The notes below the pieces were generated by a model. The model saw only the letters and a program-made list of their open reading frames with translations. It searched no databases and was not told where the DNA came from. A DNA stretch of 64,000 bases from Angustibacter luteus (GTDB taxonomy: Bacteria > Actinomycetota > Actinomycetes > Actinomycetales > Angustibacteraceae), in the NCBI RefSeq assembly GCF_039541115.1, contig NZ_BAABFP010000005.1, forward strand, positions 248,001 through 312,000, read 5' to 3'. A program made the translations under genes and the position numbers. How positions within the stretch are numbered: the first letter of the stretch is position 1; each line of letters starts with the position of its first letter. Shown in pieces: positions 1-10,552 of this stretch.

Positions 1-541
1 AGCCGGGCACCAGCCCCAGGAAGGTCTCGGGCAGCGCGACCGCGGGCACCCCGGACGAGATGGTCCGGTAGGTCGCGTGCAGCGCCACCTCGACGCCGCC
101 ACCCATGGCCGCGCCGTTGACGAACGCGAAGGACGGCACGGCGAGCTCGCCCAGGCGGCGCAGGGTGTCGTGGCCGAACCGGGCGATGGTCAGCGCCTGC
201 TCGCGGTCGCTGAGTGCACCGACGTCCTTCAGGTCCGCGCCGACCGCGAAGATGAAGGGCTTGCCGGTGATGCCGACCGCGACGATCTCGCCGGAGTCGG
301 CGCGGGCGGACACCGCGTCGAGCGCGGCGGACAGGTTGAGCAGCCCGCGCGGGCCGAGCGTCGTCGGCTTGGTGTGGTCGAAGCCGTTGTCCATGCTGAT
401 CAGCGCCAGCGTGCCCGGGCCGCCGGGCAGGGCGACGTCGCGGACGTGGAAGGACGTGACCCGCTCGTCGGAGCCCGCCTCGGCGAGCGCCTGGACGTCG
501 GCGATCACCTGGGCAGTGTCGTGGCCGGTGGTCGTGGTCAT
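1..541 (-). CDS. fadB: Fatty-acid oxidation multifunctional enzyme (enoyl-CoA hydratase / 3-hydroxyacyl-CoA dehydrogenase), N-terminal part; runs off the window
   Basis: Manual translation from ATG at 541: MTTTTGHD...DNGFDHTKPTTLG...FIFAVGADL...VNGAAMGGGVEVALH...ALPETFLGLVPG (crotonase motifs). TGATG overlap with the upstream thiolase. Confidence 0.85.
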   Translation of the reverse strand, partial: MTTTTGHDTAQVIADVQALAEAGSDERVTSFHVRDVALPGGPGTLALISMDNGFDHTKPTTLGPRGLLNLSAALDAVSARADSGEIVAVGITGKPFIFAVGADLKDVGALSDREQALTIARFGHDTLRRLGELAVPSFAFVNGAAMGGGVEVALHATYRTISSGVPAVALPETFLGLVPG

Positions 542-1785
542 CAGGCTGCCGTCCCCTCGGTCGAAGCGTCCTGGGCGTCGTCCTTGCCGTAGTCGGCGTG
601 GTGCGGGTTCTCCCAGATCACCGCGCCGCCCATGCCGATCCCGATGCACATGGCGGTCAGGCCGTAGCGGACCTGCGGGTTCTCCTCGAACTGCCGGGCC
701 AGCTGGGTCATCAGCCGGACGCCGGACGAGGCCAGCGGGTGACCGGTCGCGATGGCGCCGCCGTACTGGTTGACCCGGGCGTCGTCGTCCGCGATCCCGA
801 AGTGGTCGAGGAAGGCGAGCACCTGGACGGCGAACGCCTCGTTCAGCTCGAACAGGCCGATGTCCTCGATGGTCAGGCCGGCCTGCTTGAGCGCCTTCTC
901 GGTGGCCGGCACCGGGCCGATCCCCATGACCTCGGGCTCGACTCCGACGAAGGAGTAGGCGACCAGGCGCATGCGGGCCGGCAGACCCAGCTCGTCGGCG
1001 GTCTCGGCGGAGGCCAGGATGCAGGCGGTGGCGCCGTCGTTGAGCCCGGCGGCGTTGCCCGCGGTGACCCGGCCGTGCGGGCGGAACGGGGTCTTCAGGG
1101 CGGCCAGGTCCTCAAGGGTGGTGCCGGGGCGCGGCGGCTCGTCGGCCGTGGACAGGCCCCAGCCGAGCTCGTCGTGCCGCGTCGCGACCGGCACCAGGTC
1201 GGGCTGGATCTTGTTGTCCGCGTAGGCCTGGGCGAGCTTGTCCTGGCTCCCGACGGCGAACCGGTCCGAGCGCTCCTTGGTGATCTCCGGGAACCGGTCG
1301 TGCAGGTTCTCGGCGGTCGAGCCCATCACGAGCGCGGACGGGTCGACGAGCTTCTCGGCGACGATCCGCGGGTTGGGGTCGACGCCCTCGCCCATCGGGT
1401 GGTGGCCCATGTGCTCGACGCCGCCGGCGATGACCACGTCGTAGGCGCCGAACGCGATCCCGGACGCGGTGGTGGTGACGGCCGTCATGGCGCCGGCGCA
1501 CATCCGGTCGATGGAGAAGCCCGGCACCGTCTTCGGCAGGCCGGACAGCAGCGCCGCCAGCCGGCCGATGGTCAGTCCCTGGTCGCCGATCTGGGTGGTC
1601 GCGGCGATGGCCACGTCGTCCACCCGCTCCGGCGGCAGCTGCGGGTTGCGCCGCACCAGCTCGCGGATGCAGTTGATGACCAGGTCGTCGGCGCGGGTCT
1701 GCGCGTAGACGCCCTTCTGGCCGGCCTTGCCGAACGGGGTGCGGACACCGTCGACGAAGACGACGTCGCGTAGCGCGCGGGGCAC
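541..1785 (-). CDS. fadA: Acetyl-CoA acyltransferase (thiolase)
   Basis: IDRMCAGA, NEAFA, GHPLASSG and CIGIGMG thiolase motifs. GTG start at 1785 follows a GGGAGGA RBS. Confidence 0.93.
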   Translation of the reverse strand: MPRALRDVVFVDGVRTPFGKAGQKGVYAQTRADDLVINCIRELVRRNPQLPPERVDDVAIAATTQIGDQGLTIGRLAALLSGLPKTVPGFSIDRMCAGAMTAVTTTASGIAFGAYDVVIAGGVEHMGHHPMGEGVDPNPRIVAEKLVDPSALVMGSTAENLHDRFPEITKERSDRFAVGSQDKLAQAYADNKIQPDLVPVATRHDELGWGLSTADEPPRPGTTLEDLAALKTPFRPHGRVTAGNAAGLNDGATACILASAETADELGLPARMRLVAYSFVGVEPEVMGIGPVPATEKALKQAGLTIEDIGLFELNEAFAVQVLAFLDHFGIADDDARVNQYGGAIATGHPLASSGVRLMTQLARQFEENPQVRYGLTAMCIGIGMGGAVIWENPHHADYGKDDAQDASTEGTAA

Positions 1786-1928
1786 GATTCCTCCCAAGCG
1801 GGACGGGGTGGTGGCGCCCGATCCGGGGTCGCCAGGACTGACCTGCTGATGCTACTCGCCGGTAACCTGGAGCGGCAGTCGCACCCGTGTGACACCACTC
1901 ACCCCGACTGGCTCTAGTCTGACCCGTC

Positions 1929-3377
1929 ATGGCCGAGCAGGGGGTTCAGCCCCAGTCCGTCGACCTCGTGGTGCTGGGTGCCGGCATCTCGGGGCTGACC
2001 GCCGCGCGCCGCGCCGCGGCCCGTGGGCTGTCGGTGCTGGTGCTGGAGCCCGAGGAGCAGGTGGGGGGTCGGTCGGCCAGCTTCGACGTCGCGGGCGTGC
2101 AGGTGGACGTCGGTGCCCGCCGGCTGCCGTCGACACTCGACCCGGACGTGCTCGAGCACCTGCGCGGGCTGCTGGGTGACGACCTGCAGACCCGCCCCCA
2201 GCGCGGCCGGCTGCGGGTCGCCGGCCAGTGGATCAGCTACCCGCTGCGGGCCAGCGACCTGGCGGCTCGCATGCCGCGCCGGCTCACCCTGTCCGCCGCG
2301 CGCGGCGCGGCGCGCGGACCCGCCCGGCGCCGGCACGACGACACCTACCAGGGTGTGCTGCGCTCGGGGCTCGGCCCCGCCCTGTACGACGCCGTGTTCG
2401 GGCCGTTCGCGCGCAAGCTCTACGGCCTCGAGGGTGCCCAGCTGGACCCCGAGCAGGCGCACCGGCTGCTCGCCTCGGAGCGTCCGACCCGGTCCGCCGG
2501 CCAGGTCCTGCGCCGCTCGCGCAACCGCGAGGTCGTCAGCCCGGCGGCGTTCCTGTACCCACGCGGCGGCTTCGGGCAGATCCCGGCAGCGCTGGCCCAG
2601 GCGGCAGCCGACAGCGGCGCGCGGCTGGTGACCGGTGCACCGGTGCGCACGCTGCACGCCCGCACGGACGGGGTCCGGGTGATCTGGGACGGCGGCGAGG
2701 TGCACGCCGCGCAGGCGTTCTCGACCGTCCCGCTGACCGACCTCGGCCGGGTCGCCCGGCCCGCGCCGTCCGCCCAGGTCGTGCAGGAGGCGGCCGGGCT
2801 CACCTACCGGTCCATGCTGCTGGTGTACCTCGTGCACGAGGGTGGCCGGTGGACGTCCTACGACACCCACTACCTACCCAGCCTGGACACCCCGGTCGCG
2901 CGGCTGAGCGAGCCGGCGAACTTCCGGACGAACCCCGAGGACCCCGCCGACCGGACCGTGCTGTGTGCCGAGATCCCGTGCACCCTCGGGGACGACCTGT
3001 GGGAGAGCCCGGACGACGTTCTCGCCGAGACGGTGGTGGCCACCATCGCCGCGCTCGGGCTCCCGCCCGTCCGCCTGGGTGGGGTGCGGGTGCGCCGGCT
3101 CCCGAAGGCCTACCCGGTGTACGCGCTGGGCTACCACCAGCGGCTGTCCGGCCTGAGCGCCTGGGCGGAGCGGCTGGCCCACGTCACGGCGTTCGGGCGG
3201 CTCGGCCTGTTCGTGCAGGACGACACCCACCACGCCCTGCGCATGGGCTGGGACGCCGCGGACTGCTTGCAGCTCGACGGCGACGTCGCGTCGCCGGACC
3301 ACGTCGTGTCCCTGGACCACGTGGCCTGGCAGGCGGCGCGGGACCGGTTCCGCCAGCACGAGACCCAGCAGGACTAG
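1929..3377 (+). CDS. FAD-dependent oxidoreductase (protoporphyrinogen oxidase / UDP-galactopyranose mutase-like superfamily)
   Basis: GAGISGL Rossmann motif, GG motif, YPRGGFGQI and C-terminal AYPVY...GRLG. Confidence 0.75.
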   Translation: MAEQGVQPQSVDLVVLGAGISGLTAARRAAARGLSVLVLEPEEQVGGRSASFDVAGVQVDVGARRLPSTLDPDVLEHLRGLLGDDLQTRPQRGRLRVAGQWISYPLRASDLAARMPRRLTLSAARGAARGPARRRHDDTYQGVLRSGLGPALYDAVFGPFARKLYGLEGAQLDPEQAHRLLASERPTRSAGQVLRRSRNREVVSPAAFLYPRGGFGQIPAALAQAAADSGARLVTGAPVRTLHARTDGVRVIWDGGEVHAAQAFSTVPLTDLGRVARPAPSAQVVQEAAGLTYRSMLLVYLVHEGGRWTSYDTHYLPSLDTPVARLSEPANFRTNPEDPADRTVLCAEIPCTLGDDLWESPDDVLAETVVATIAALGLPPVRLGGVRVRRLPKAYPVYALGYHQRLSGLSAWAERLAHVTAFGRLGLFVQDDTHHALRMGWDAADCLQLDGDVASPDHVVSLDHVAWQAARDRFRQHETQQD

Positions 3378-3380
3378 CGC

Positions 3381-4619
3381 TCAGGCGTCTGACGCCTCGG
3401 GTTCCTCCGTCACCGGGGCCTTGGCCAGCTGGCCCAGCGCGTCGCGCAGGATCGGGGCGAGCAGCTCGACCTGCCAGGGCCGGGCGCGCAGCACCGCGAG
3501 CCGGTCCTCGAGGTCGTCCGGTGACGGCGGGTCCCAGAGGACCCGGCGGACCGTGTCCGGCGTCATCAGGTTCTCCACCGGGATGGCGAGCCGCTCGGAC
3601 AGCTCGGCGATCGCGGCGCGGGCGAACGTCAGCCTGGCGGCCGCGTCGGCGTCCCGGTCCGGCCACGCGCGGGGCGGCGGCGGCGCGTCGCTCGGCAGCG
3701 ACTGCAGCGGCAGCTCGTCCTCGGCGACGTGCCGACCGCGGGCCAGCGCCTCGAGCCAGCGCTTGCCGTGCCGCCGGGCCGCCGGACCGGTGAAGCCCGG
3801 CAGCACCACGAGCTCGTCCAGGGTGCGCGGGTTGCCGGTGACGGCCGAGATCATCGCCGCATCCGGCAGCACCCGGCCGGGTGAGACGTCGCGCTGGCGG
3901 GCCAGGGCGTCCCGGCTGTTCCACAGCTCGCGCAGCATCGCGAGCTGGCGGCGGGTGCGCAGCTTGTGGGTGCCGCTGGTGCGCCGCCACGGGTCGACGC
4001 GGGCCGGTGCGGGGGGCGCGGCGACCAGGGCCGCGAACTCCTGCTCCGCCCACTCCAGCTTGCCCTGCTCCTCGAGCAGCCGGGCGATCTCGTCCCGCAG
4101 GTCCACCAGCACCTCGACGTCCAGCGCGGCGTAGCGCAGCCAGTCCTGCGGCAGCGGGCGGGTCGACCAGTCCACCGCCGAGTGCTCCTTGGCCAGGGTC
4201 AGCCCGAGCAGCTCCTCCACCACGGACCCCAGCCCGACCTTCGCGAGCCCGGCCAGCCGCGCGCCCAGCTCGGTGTCGAACAGCCGGGTCGGCCGCATCC
4301 CCACGTCCGCCAGGCACGCCAGGTCCTGGGACGCGGCGTGCAGGACCCACTCGACCCCGCGCAGGGCCTCGTCCACCGGCGACAGGTCGGGGACGGCGGC
4401 CGGGTCGATGAGCCACGAACCGGCGCCCTCGCGGCGCAGCTGCACCAGGTAGGCGGCCTGGCCGTAGCGGTAGCCGGAGGCGCGCTCGGCGTCCACGGCG
4501 ACCGGACCCGTGCCCGCGGCGAGCGCATCGGCCGCCTCGACCAGCCGGCGCTCGGTGATGACGACGTCCGGGATGCCGTCGCGCGGCTCCACCAGTGGCG
4601 TGGGGGCGGCTTCGGTCAC
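3381..4619 (-). CDS. rnd: Ribonuclease D (3'-5' exonuclease + HRDC)
   Basis: VDAERAS, LHAASQDL, FDTEL, DWSTRPL and YAALDV motifs. GTG at 4619 lies 7 nt after a TACGGT -10. Confidence 0.92.
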   Translation of the reverse strand: MTEAAPTPLVEPRDGIPDVVITERRLVEAADALAAGTGPVAVDAERASGYRYGQAAYLVQLRREGAGSWLIDPAAVPDLSPVDEALRGVEWVLHAASQDLACLADVGMRPTRLFDTELGARLAGLAKVGLGSVVEELLGLTLAKEHSAVDWSTRPLPQDWLRYAALDVEVLVDLRDEIARLLEEQGKLEWAEQEFAALVAAPPAPARVDPWRRTSGTHKLRTRRQLAMLRELWNSRDALARQRDVSPGRVLPDAAMISAVTGNPRTLDELVVLPGFTGPAARRHGKRWLEALARGRHVAEDELPLQSLPSDAPPPPRAWPDRDADAAARLTFARAAIAELSERLAIPVENLMTPDTVRRVLWDPPSPDDLEDRLAVLRARPWQVELLAPILRDALGQLAKAPVTEEPEASDA

Positions 4620-4700
4620 AAGGGCCACCGTACGCGTTCTGGCGATGGCAGTCGGTGACCGCCGGTCGGTCCGGCGTGGCTCGGCGAGCGAGCAGGGGGC

Positions 4701-5303
4701 TTAGTGGATGACGCCAGCGCGCAGCGACAGCATGACCATCTCGGCGCGGTCGCCGGTGCCCACCTTGCGGGCGATCCGGGCCAGGTGGCTCTTGACGGTC
4801 AGCGCGGACAGGCCCAGCGCAGCGCCGATCTCCTTGTTGGAGCGGCCGTTCGCCACGTGCTGGAGCACCTCGACCTCGCGCTCGGAGAGCTGCTCGGCCA
4901 GGCCGCGTGAGCCGTGGTCGGTGGGGGAGGCGGCCGGTCGTCCCGAGACGAGGAAGCAGCGCACGCCAGCCGTCAGCGCGCCACGCACCGTGTACGCGTC
5001 GTCCATCGTCGAGACGACGACGCCGCGCTGCCAGCCGAGAGCGCGCAGGTCCCGCAGCAGGGCGACGCCGGAGCCGTCCGGCAGGACCACGTCGGTCACG
5101 CACAGGGCGTGCGGCCCCAGCAGGCGAGCCCGACGACGGGCCTCCTCGATGGTCCCGGCCTGCACGACCTCACGGGCACCGAGCGAGCGCATCATGCGGC
5201 TCACGGTGTCGCGGGCCCCCTGTGGTCCGATGACCACCAGGGCGGCGAACCGACCAGGGCGGGACAGGGGAACGCCCGCAACACGCTCGGCGACCGCAGC
5301 CAC
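4701..5303 (-). CDS. whiI: Atypical orphan LuxR/NarL response regulator, WhiI-like
   Basis: Degenerate receiver domain (no N-terminal DD pair; LCVTDVVLPDGSG). C-terminus GLSALTVKSHLARIARKVGTGDRA...GVIH closely matches WhiI as recalled. Position between rnd and DUF3000/hemE. AAGGAGG RBS before GTG 5303. Confidence 0.8.
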   Translation of the reverse strand: MAAVAERVAGVPLSRPGRFAALVVIGPQGARDTVSRMMRSLGAREVVQAGTIEEARRRARLLGPHALCVTDVVLPDGSGVALLRDLRALGWQRGVVVSTMDDAYTVRGALTAGVRCFLVSGRPAASPTDHGSRGLAEQLSEREVEVLQHVANGRSNKEIGAALGLSALTVKSHLARIARKVGTGDRAEMVMLSLRAGVIH

Positions 5304-5368
5304 TAGCGCCTCCTTGATCCGTCCGCACCGGTCCACCCGGTCGGCACCTGAGTTTCCCGACGGGTGCT

Positions 5369-5396
5369 ACATCGGCAGGCGATCCGTCGTCCTTGA
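5369..5396 (-). promoter_or_regulatory. Candidate sigma-28 (WhiG/FliA)-type promoter of whiI
   Basis: Minus strand reads TCAAG-N15-GCCGATGT, resembling the TAAA/TCAAG...GCCGATAA consensus. Confidence 0.6.
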
Positions 5397-5429
5397 CAAG
5401 AACGAGAGAAAACCTCGTCAACGTCGACG

Positions 5430-6020
5430 TCAGCGTCGGCGGGCCGGCAGCGCGGTCACGCCGTCCGGCAGCGGCGGCAGGCCGGCCACGGTGCACAGCA
5501 GGTCCGTCCAGGCGCACAGGTGCGCCGCCACGTCGTCGTCCGTCGGGGTCCACGAGGCGCGGATCTCGATCTCCACGCCCGACGGGCGGTCCGCGAGCGC
5601 CGCAAAGCTCTCCGACACCACCCGGGTCACCGTGCCGCCCTCGCGGGTGTACTCGGCACCGCGCAGGCCCAGCGCCTCGACGAGCCAGGACCAGCCCACC
5701 TCGCCAAGCAGGGGGTCGGCGCCGAGCTCGGGCTCGAGGTCGGCGCGCACGAACGTGACGGCGCGGAAGGTGCCGTCCCACGGTTCGGGTCCGGTGGGGT
5801 CGTAGAGCAGCACGAACCGTCCGGTCGCGAGCTCCTCCAGGTCACCGCCCGGGCGGCGGTCCACGACGTCGGCCGTCAGCGCGACGGAGTACGGCGCGAT
5901 GCGGCCGGGGGAGGGTGCCTCGGTCAGCACGACCTCGGGGCGGACCATGGCGCTCTTCAACGCTACGAGCGCCCGCTGGAAGGGTTCCGGGGCGTCGTCG
6001 GGCAAGGTCCTGGCGACCAT
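5430..6020 (-). CDS. DUF3000 family protein
   Basis: P.RIAPYS.AL, GRFVLLYDP...WDG.FR, VGWSWL and EIRASWTP motifs. ATG 6020 lies 6 nt after TACGCT. Only the 3' part of the 877-aa track ORF is real. Confidence 0.88.
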   Translation of the reverse strand: MVARTLPDDAPEPFQRALVALKSAMVRPEVVLTEAPSPGRIAPYSVALTADVVDRRPGGDLEELATGRFVLLYDPTGPEPWDGTFRAVTFVRADLEPELGADPLLGEVGWSWLVEALGLRGAEYTREGGTVTRVVSESFAALADRPSGVEIEIRASWTPTDDDVAAHLCAWTDLLCTVAGLPPLPDGVTALPARRR

Positions 6021-6086
6021 GAGGGAAGCGTACGTCCGCGCGGGGCGGTCACCAGCGCGGCGCGCCGGTCTGGCTAGCCTTCGACC

Positions 6087-6920
6087 GTGGCCGTCCTCCT
6101 CGCTCTGCTGTCCAGCGTCATGTGGGGCAGCTCCGACTTCCTCGGCGGCCTGCGCTCGCGAATCCGGCCGGCGATGGCGGTGGTGGGCGGCTCGCAGCTG
6201 TGCGGGCTGATCGCCATCGCCCTGGTCGCACTGGTGACCGGTGCGTGGCACGGCGACGCCGGGTGGGTGGGCTGGGCGGTCGCCGCGGGCCTGTCCGGCA
6301 CCGGCGGGCTGGTCTGCTTCTACGCCGCGCTGGCGGCCGGGACGATGGGCGTGGTCTCGCCGATCGCCGCGTTGGGCGCGGTCGTGCCGGTGATCATCGG
6401 CATCGTGTCCGGGGAGCGGCCCAGTGCCCTGAGCGTGACCGGACTGGTCGTGGCGCTGCTCGGCGCGGTGCTGGCCAGTGGCCCCGAGCTGCGGGGCGGC
6501 GCCGGGGCGCGGCCGGTGGGGCTGGCCGCGCTGGCCGGGGTCGGCTTCGGCCTGGCCCTGGTGTTCATCGAGCGCGGTGCCCGCTTCGACTCCGTCATGA
6601 CGCTCACCGGGATGCGGGTGACCAGCGTCGCGGTGTTCGCCGTGGTGGCGATCAGCCTGCGCAGCATCGGCGGGCTGCGCCCCTCGGACGTCGTCCCGCT
6701 GGCTGTCGTCGGGCTCGGGGACGTCGGCGCCAACCTGCTCTACGCGCTGGCCACCCAGCGCGGCCTGCTCAGCATCACCGCGGTCGTCGGCTCGCTGTAC
6801 CCGGTCGTGACGGTGCTGCTGGCCCGCTTCGTGCTGCACGAGCGGCTGGCCAGGATCCAGCAGATCGGAGTCGGGGCCGCCCTGGTCGGCGTCGCCCTGG
6901 TCGCCCTGGGTCGGGTGTGA
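6087..6920 (+). CDS. EamA/DMT family transporter
   Basis: About 10 hydrophobic helices, WG.SDF.GG and SLYPVVTVLLA...LHERL motifs. Confidence 0.88.
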   Translation: MAVLLALLSSVMWGSSDFLGGLRSRIRPAMAVVGGSQLCGLIAIALVALVTGAWHGDAGWVGWAVAAGLSGTGGLVCFYAALAAGTMGVVSPIAALGAVVPVIIGIVSGERPSALSVTGLVVALLGAVLASGPELRGGAGARPVGLAALAGVGFGLALVFIERGARFDSVMTLTGMRVTSVAVFAVVAISLRSIGGLRPSDVVPLAVVGLGDVGANLLYALATQRGLLSITAVVGSLYPVVTVLLARFVLHERLARIQQIGVGAALVGVALVALGRV

Positions 6921-6962
6921 CGTCCCTGCGCGGGTGAGGACGTCGGCTCGCTGCGTGCGAGC

Positions 6963-8036
6963 ATGGACGTCGTGACGACCGCCAGCCCGAGCGCGCCCGC
7001 CCCCGACGCGGCAGCCCTGCACGACTCCGCGTTCCTGCGGGCCTGCCGGCGCGAGCCGGTCGAGCACACCCCCGTGTGGTTCATGCGCCAGGCGGGCCGG
7101 TCGCTGCCGGAGTACCGCAAGGTCCGCGAGGGCATCTCGATGCTCGACTCGTGCGCCCGACCTGACCTGGTCGCCGAGATCACCATGCAGCCGGTGCGCC
7201 GCTACGGCGTGGACGCGGCCATCTTCTACAGCGACATCGTGGTGCCGCTCAAGGCGATCGGCGTCGACCTCGACATCGTGCCCGGCGTCGGGCCGGTGGT
7301 CGCCGAGCCGTTCGCCAGCCGCGCCGACCTGGACCGGCTGCCCGAGCTGACCGCGGCCGACGTGCCGTACGTGAGCGACGCGGTGCGCCTGCTGGTCGCC
7401 GAGCTGGGCGCCACCCCGCTCATCGGGTTCGCCGGCGCGCCGTACACGCTCGCGTCGTACCTGGTGGAGGGCGGCCCGTCGAAGAACCACGAGCGCACCA
7501 AGGCGCTGATGTACGGCGACCCCGAGCTCTGGCACGCCCTCGCCGGTCGCCTCGCGGCGATCGCCGGTGCGTTCCTGCGGGTGCAGGTGGAGGCCGGCGC
7601 GAGTGCCGTCCAGCTGTTCGACTCCTGGGTCGGGGCCTTGCCGCTGGCCGACTACCGCGAGCTCGTGCAGCCGCACTCCGCGGCCGTGCTGGACGCCGTC
7701 GCCGACCTCGGCGTGCCCCGGATCCACTTCGGGGTGGGGACCGGTGAGCTGCTGGGCGCGATGGGCGAGGCCGGCGCGGACGTCGTGGGGGTGGACTTCC
7801 GGGTGGCGCTCGACGAGGCCAGTCGCCGGGTCGGTCCGCAGCGCGCCGTCCAGGGCAACCTCGACCCGGCCCTGCTCTTCGCGCCGGCTCCCGTGCTCGA
7901 GCGCCGGGTGCGCGCCACGGTCGAGGCCGGGCGCCGCGCCCCGGGCCATGTGTTCAACCTGGGGCACGGCGTCCCGCCGAACGCCGACCCGGCGGTGCTG
8001 AGCCGGGTCGTCGAGCTGGTTCAGGGAGCCGGCTGA
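6963..8036 (+). CDS. hemE: Uroporphyrinogen decarboxylase
   Basis: [27 protein letters not shown] and FNLGHG motifs. Confidence 0.97.
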   Translation: MDVVTTASPSAPAPDAAALHDSAFLRACRREPVEHTPVWFMRQAGRSLPEYRKVREGISMLDSCARPDLVAEITMQPVRRYGVDAAIFYSDIVVPLKAIGVDLDIVPGVGPVVAEPFASRADLDRLPELTAADVPYVSDAVRLLVAELGATPLIGFAGAPYTLASYLVEGGPSKNHERTKALMYGDPELWHALAGRLAAIAGAFLRVQVEAGASAVQLFDSWVGALPLADYRELVQPHSAAVLDAVADLGVPRIHFGVGTGELLGAMGEAGADVVGVDFRVALDEASRRVGPQRAVQGNLDPALLFAPAPVLERRVRATVEAGRRAPGHVFNLGHGVPPNADPAVLSRVVELVQGAG

Positions 8037-8998
8037 GGGTCCGCACCCCGGCGGCGGGCCCACACCACGACCGGCACGGCGACCAGTGCCGCGATCACCA
8101 GGAACGGCAGCAGGGCACCGAGCACGGTGAGCACGATCGTCACCGAGGCACCCAGTGCGGTCCAGCCGGCCGAGAGGCCGGTCAGGAAGCCGCTGTCGTC
8201 GTCCTCGGGCGTGGTGGTCGCCACGACGACCGGGGTCAGGCTGACGGTGAGCGTGGACAGGCTGGTCTGGTTGTCCAACGCCTTGAGCTGCGCCTCGAGT
8301 GACTCCAGGTCGGCCTCGCGGCGGGACAGCTCGCCCTCGATCTGCACGACCTGGCCGAGGCTGGTCGCCTTGGTGAGCAGCGCGCGCACCCGTTCGACGC
8401 TGGCTCGCTGGGTCTTCACCCGGCTGCTGGTGTCCACGTACTTGGTGGTCACGTCGTCGCTGGACTGGGTGCGGCTGAGCACCGCGCCGCTCCGCGCTAC
8501 CGCGGCCATGACCGTGTCCAGGGACTCGTTCGGCACCCGAGCCGTCAGCACCGACTCGGTGTAGGCCCCCGTGGTGTCCTGCGCTGGGTCTGTCGAGGTG
8601 TCCTCGGCCGGCATCGGCTCCTTCGGGCTGCTGCTGGTCTTCTCGTCCGCGATGAACCCCTTGGCCTGCTCCACGGCGGTTCGCACCGCCGCCGCGGCCC
8701 GGTCGACGTCCTTGGCCTGCACGGACATGGCGGCGGTCTTGATGATCTTCTGGTCGGTGACGACCGGTGCGGCCTGGCTGCTGACGCCGGCCCCGTCACC
8801 ACCGTCAGCGTCCGATGCCGCGTCACCGGCCGACGGCTCCGCGGCCTTCTCGCCGCCGACCTGGGACTGCGCCGGTCCGTCCGCGACCGCGGCAGAACCG
8901 GAGGCGGAGTCACCGCTGTCCGCGGCCCCCCCGCAGCCGGTCAGGACGAGGACGCTGAGCAGCGCCGTGGCTGCCAGTGCGCGTCGGGTGGTGGTCAT
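8021..8998 (-). CDS. DUF4349 domain lipoprotein
   Basis: Lipobox LTGC, low-complexity linker, IIKTA...DVTTKYVD...[13 protein letters not shown] coiled coil and C-terminal TM helix. AAGGAG RBS. Confidence 0.85.
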   Translation of the reverse strand: MTTTRRALAATALLSVLVLTGCGGAADSGDSASGSAAVADGPAQSQVGGEKAAEPSAGDAASDADGGDGAGVSSQAAPVVTDQKIIKTAAMSVQAKDVDRAAAAVRTAVEQAKGFIADEKTSSSPKEPMPAEDTSTDPAQDTTGAYTESVLTARVPNESLDTVMAAVARSGAVLSRTQSSDDVTTKYVDTSSRVKTQRASVERVRALLTKATSLGQVVQIEGELSRREADLESLEAQLKALDNQTSLSTLTVSLTPVVVATTTPEDDDSGFLTGLSAGWTALGASVTIVLTVLGALLPFLVIAALVAVPVVVWARRRGADPQPAP

Positions 8999-9106
8999 GG
9001 CAGCTCCTTCGTCGAAGATCAGCGGGCAGTGCTGGGACGTCGCCCGTCGGCGCGGTCGTTCCCACCCGGGCGTCTCGATCAGGTCACGGTCTGCGAACCT
9101 TTCGCC

Positions 9107-10552
9107 ATGCTGTCCGTCGCGGTCGTCGGAGCCGGGATCACCGGCCTCTCCGCGGCGTGGGAGCTGACCTCGCGTCGTCCGGACGTGTCGGTCGTGCTGT
9201 TGGAGGCCAGCTCCGCGGTGGGCGGGAAGCTCGCGCTCGGTGCGGTCGCCGGGCTGGACGTCGACCTGGGGGCCGAGTCGGTGCTGGCCCGTCGCCCCGA
9301 GGCGGTGGACCTGGCCCGCGAGGTCGGCCTGGGCGCGGACCTGGAGGCGCCGCGAGCCATCGGGGCGTCGGTGTGGAGCGCCGGTGCGCTGCGCGCCCTG
9401 CCCGCCGGGACGTTGATGGGCGTGCCGGGCCGGCTCGACACGCTCACCGGACTGCTCAGCGCGGCCGAGGTCGCCGAGGTCCGGGCCGAGCCTGCGGGCA
9501 CCTGGGCCCCGCTCGAGGGGGACGTGGACGTCGCGTCCTTCGTCGCGCAGCGGGTCGGCCCCGCCGTGGTCGAGCGGCTCGTCGAGCCGCTGCTGGGCGG
9601 GGTCTACGCGGGGAGCGCCGCGAACCTGTCGCTGCGCGCCACCGTGCCCGCGCTGTGGCGGGCCGCCGTCGCGGGCACCTCGGTCGTGGACGCCGCCCGG
9701 GCCGCCGCGGCCGCGGGCGTGGCCACCCGGGGAGCTGGCCCCGGTGAGCAGGCCGCCCCTGTGTTCGTCGGGGTGCGCGGCGGCGTCGGCCGCTTGCCCG
9801 TCGCGGTGGCCGCCGCCCTGCGCGGCCGCGGGGTCGACGTCCGGCTCGGGGTCACGGTCCGTGAGCTGGGTCGCCGTGAGCGCGGCTGGCGGTTGGTCAC
9901 CGGACCGACCACGGACCCCGAGGCCCTGGACGTCGACGCGGTCGTGCTCGCCGTGCCGGCGGCCCCGACCGCTCGGCTGCTGCGCGACGAGGCACCGTTG
10001 GCCGCTGCCGAGCTCGCCGCCGTCGAGGCGGCGAGCATGGCGATCGTCACCTTCGCGTTCCGCCGCAACGAGATCCGCGGACTCCTCGGCTCCGGCGTGC
10101 TCGTGCCGCCGGTGGACGGTCGGTACGTGAAGGCGGCCACGTTCTCGTCGGCCAAGTGGGGCTGGCTGGACGAGGCTGCCGGTGAGCACGTCGTGCTGCG
10201 GGCCTCTGTCGGGCGGCACGGCCAGGTCGCGGACCTGCAGCGTCCCGACGACGAGCTGGTGCAGCGGGTGCTGGCCGACCTGCGCGCACTGCCGGGCGCG
10301 GTCCTGCCCGAGCCCGTCGACCACCGGGTGACCCGCTGGGGTGGCGGACTGCCGCAGTACGCCGTGGGGCACGTCGGCGCGATGGCGCGGGTCGCGGACG
10401 CCGTCGCGGGGCTGGGCGGGCTCGAGCTGGCCGGGGCGACGTACGAGGGTGTCGGCATCCCGGCGTGCGTGGCGTCGGGTCGGGCCGCCGGGGCCCGGGT
10501 CGCGACCCACCTGGACGGTCGCGCCGTCGGGTACGGGACACTGGGCGGATGA
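9107..10552 (+). CDS. hemY: Coproporphyrinogen III / protoporphyrinogen oxidase (HemY/CgoX)
   Basis: [31 protein letters not shown] and GVGIPAC motifs; coupled to hemQ. Confidence 0.93.
   Translation: MLSVAVVGAGITGLSAAWELTSRRPDVSVVLLEASSAVGGKLALGAVAGLDVDLGAESVLARRPEAVDLAREVGLGADLEAPRAIGASVWSAGALRALPAGTLMGVPGRLDTLTGLLSAAEVAEVRAEPAGTWAPLEGDVDVASFVAQRVGPAVVERLVEPLLGGVYAGSAANLSLRATVPALWRAAVAGTSVVDAARAAAAAGVATRGAGPGEQAAPVFVGVRGGVGRLPVAVAAALRGRGVDVRLGVTVRELGRRERGWRLVTGPTTDPEALDVDAVVLAVPAAPTARLLRDEAPLAAAELAAVEAASMAIVTFAFRRNEIRGLLGSGVLVPPVDGRYVKAATFSSAKWGWLDEAAGEHVVLRASVGRHGQVADLQRPDDELVQRVLADLRALPGAVLPEPVDHRVTRWGGGLPQYAVGHVGAMARVADAVAGLGGLELAGATYEGVGIPACVASGRAAGARVATHLDGRAVGYGTLGG

Noticed and set aside
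1929..3377. Second hemY of the haem pathway
   Set aside because: Lacks the [10 protein letters not shown] and PQY.VGH signatures present in the hemQ-coupled gene at 9107.
9036..9062. ECF-type promoter GGAAC-N19-GTC upstream of the DUF4349 gene
   Set aside because: Weak match that is easily produced by chance at this GC content; not supported enough to call.
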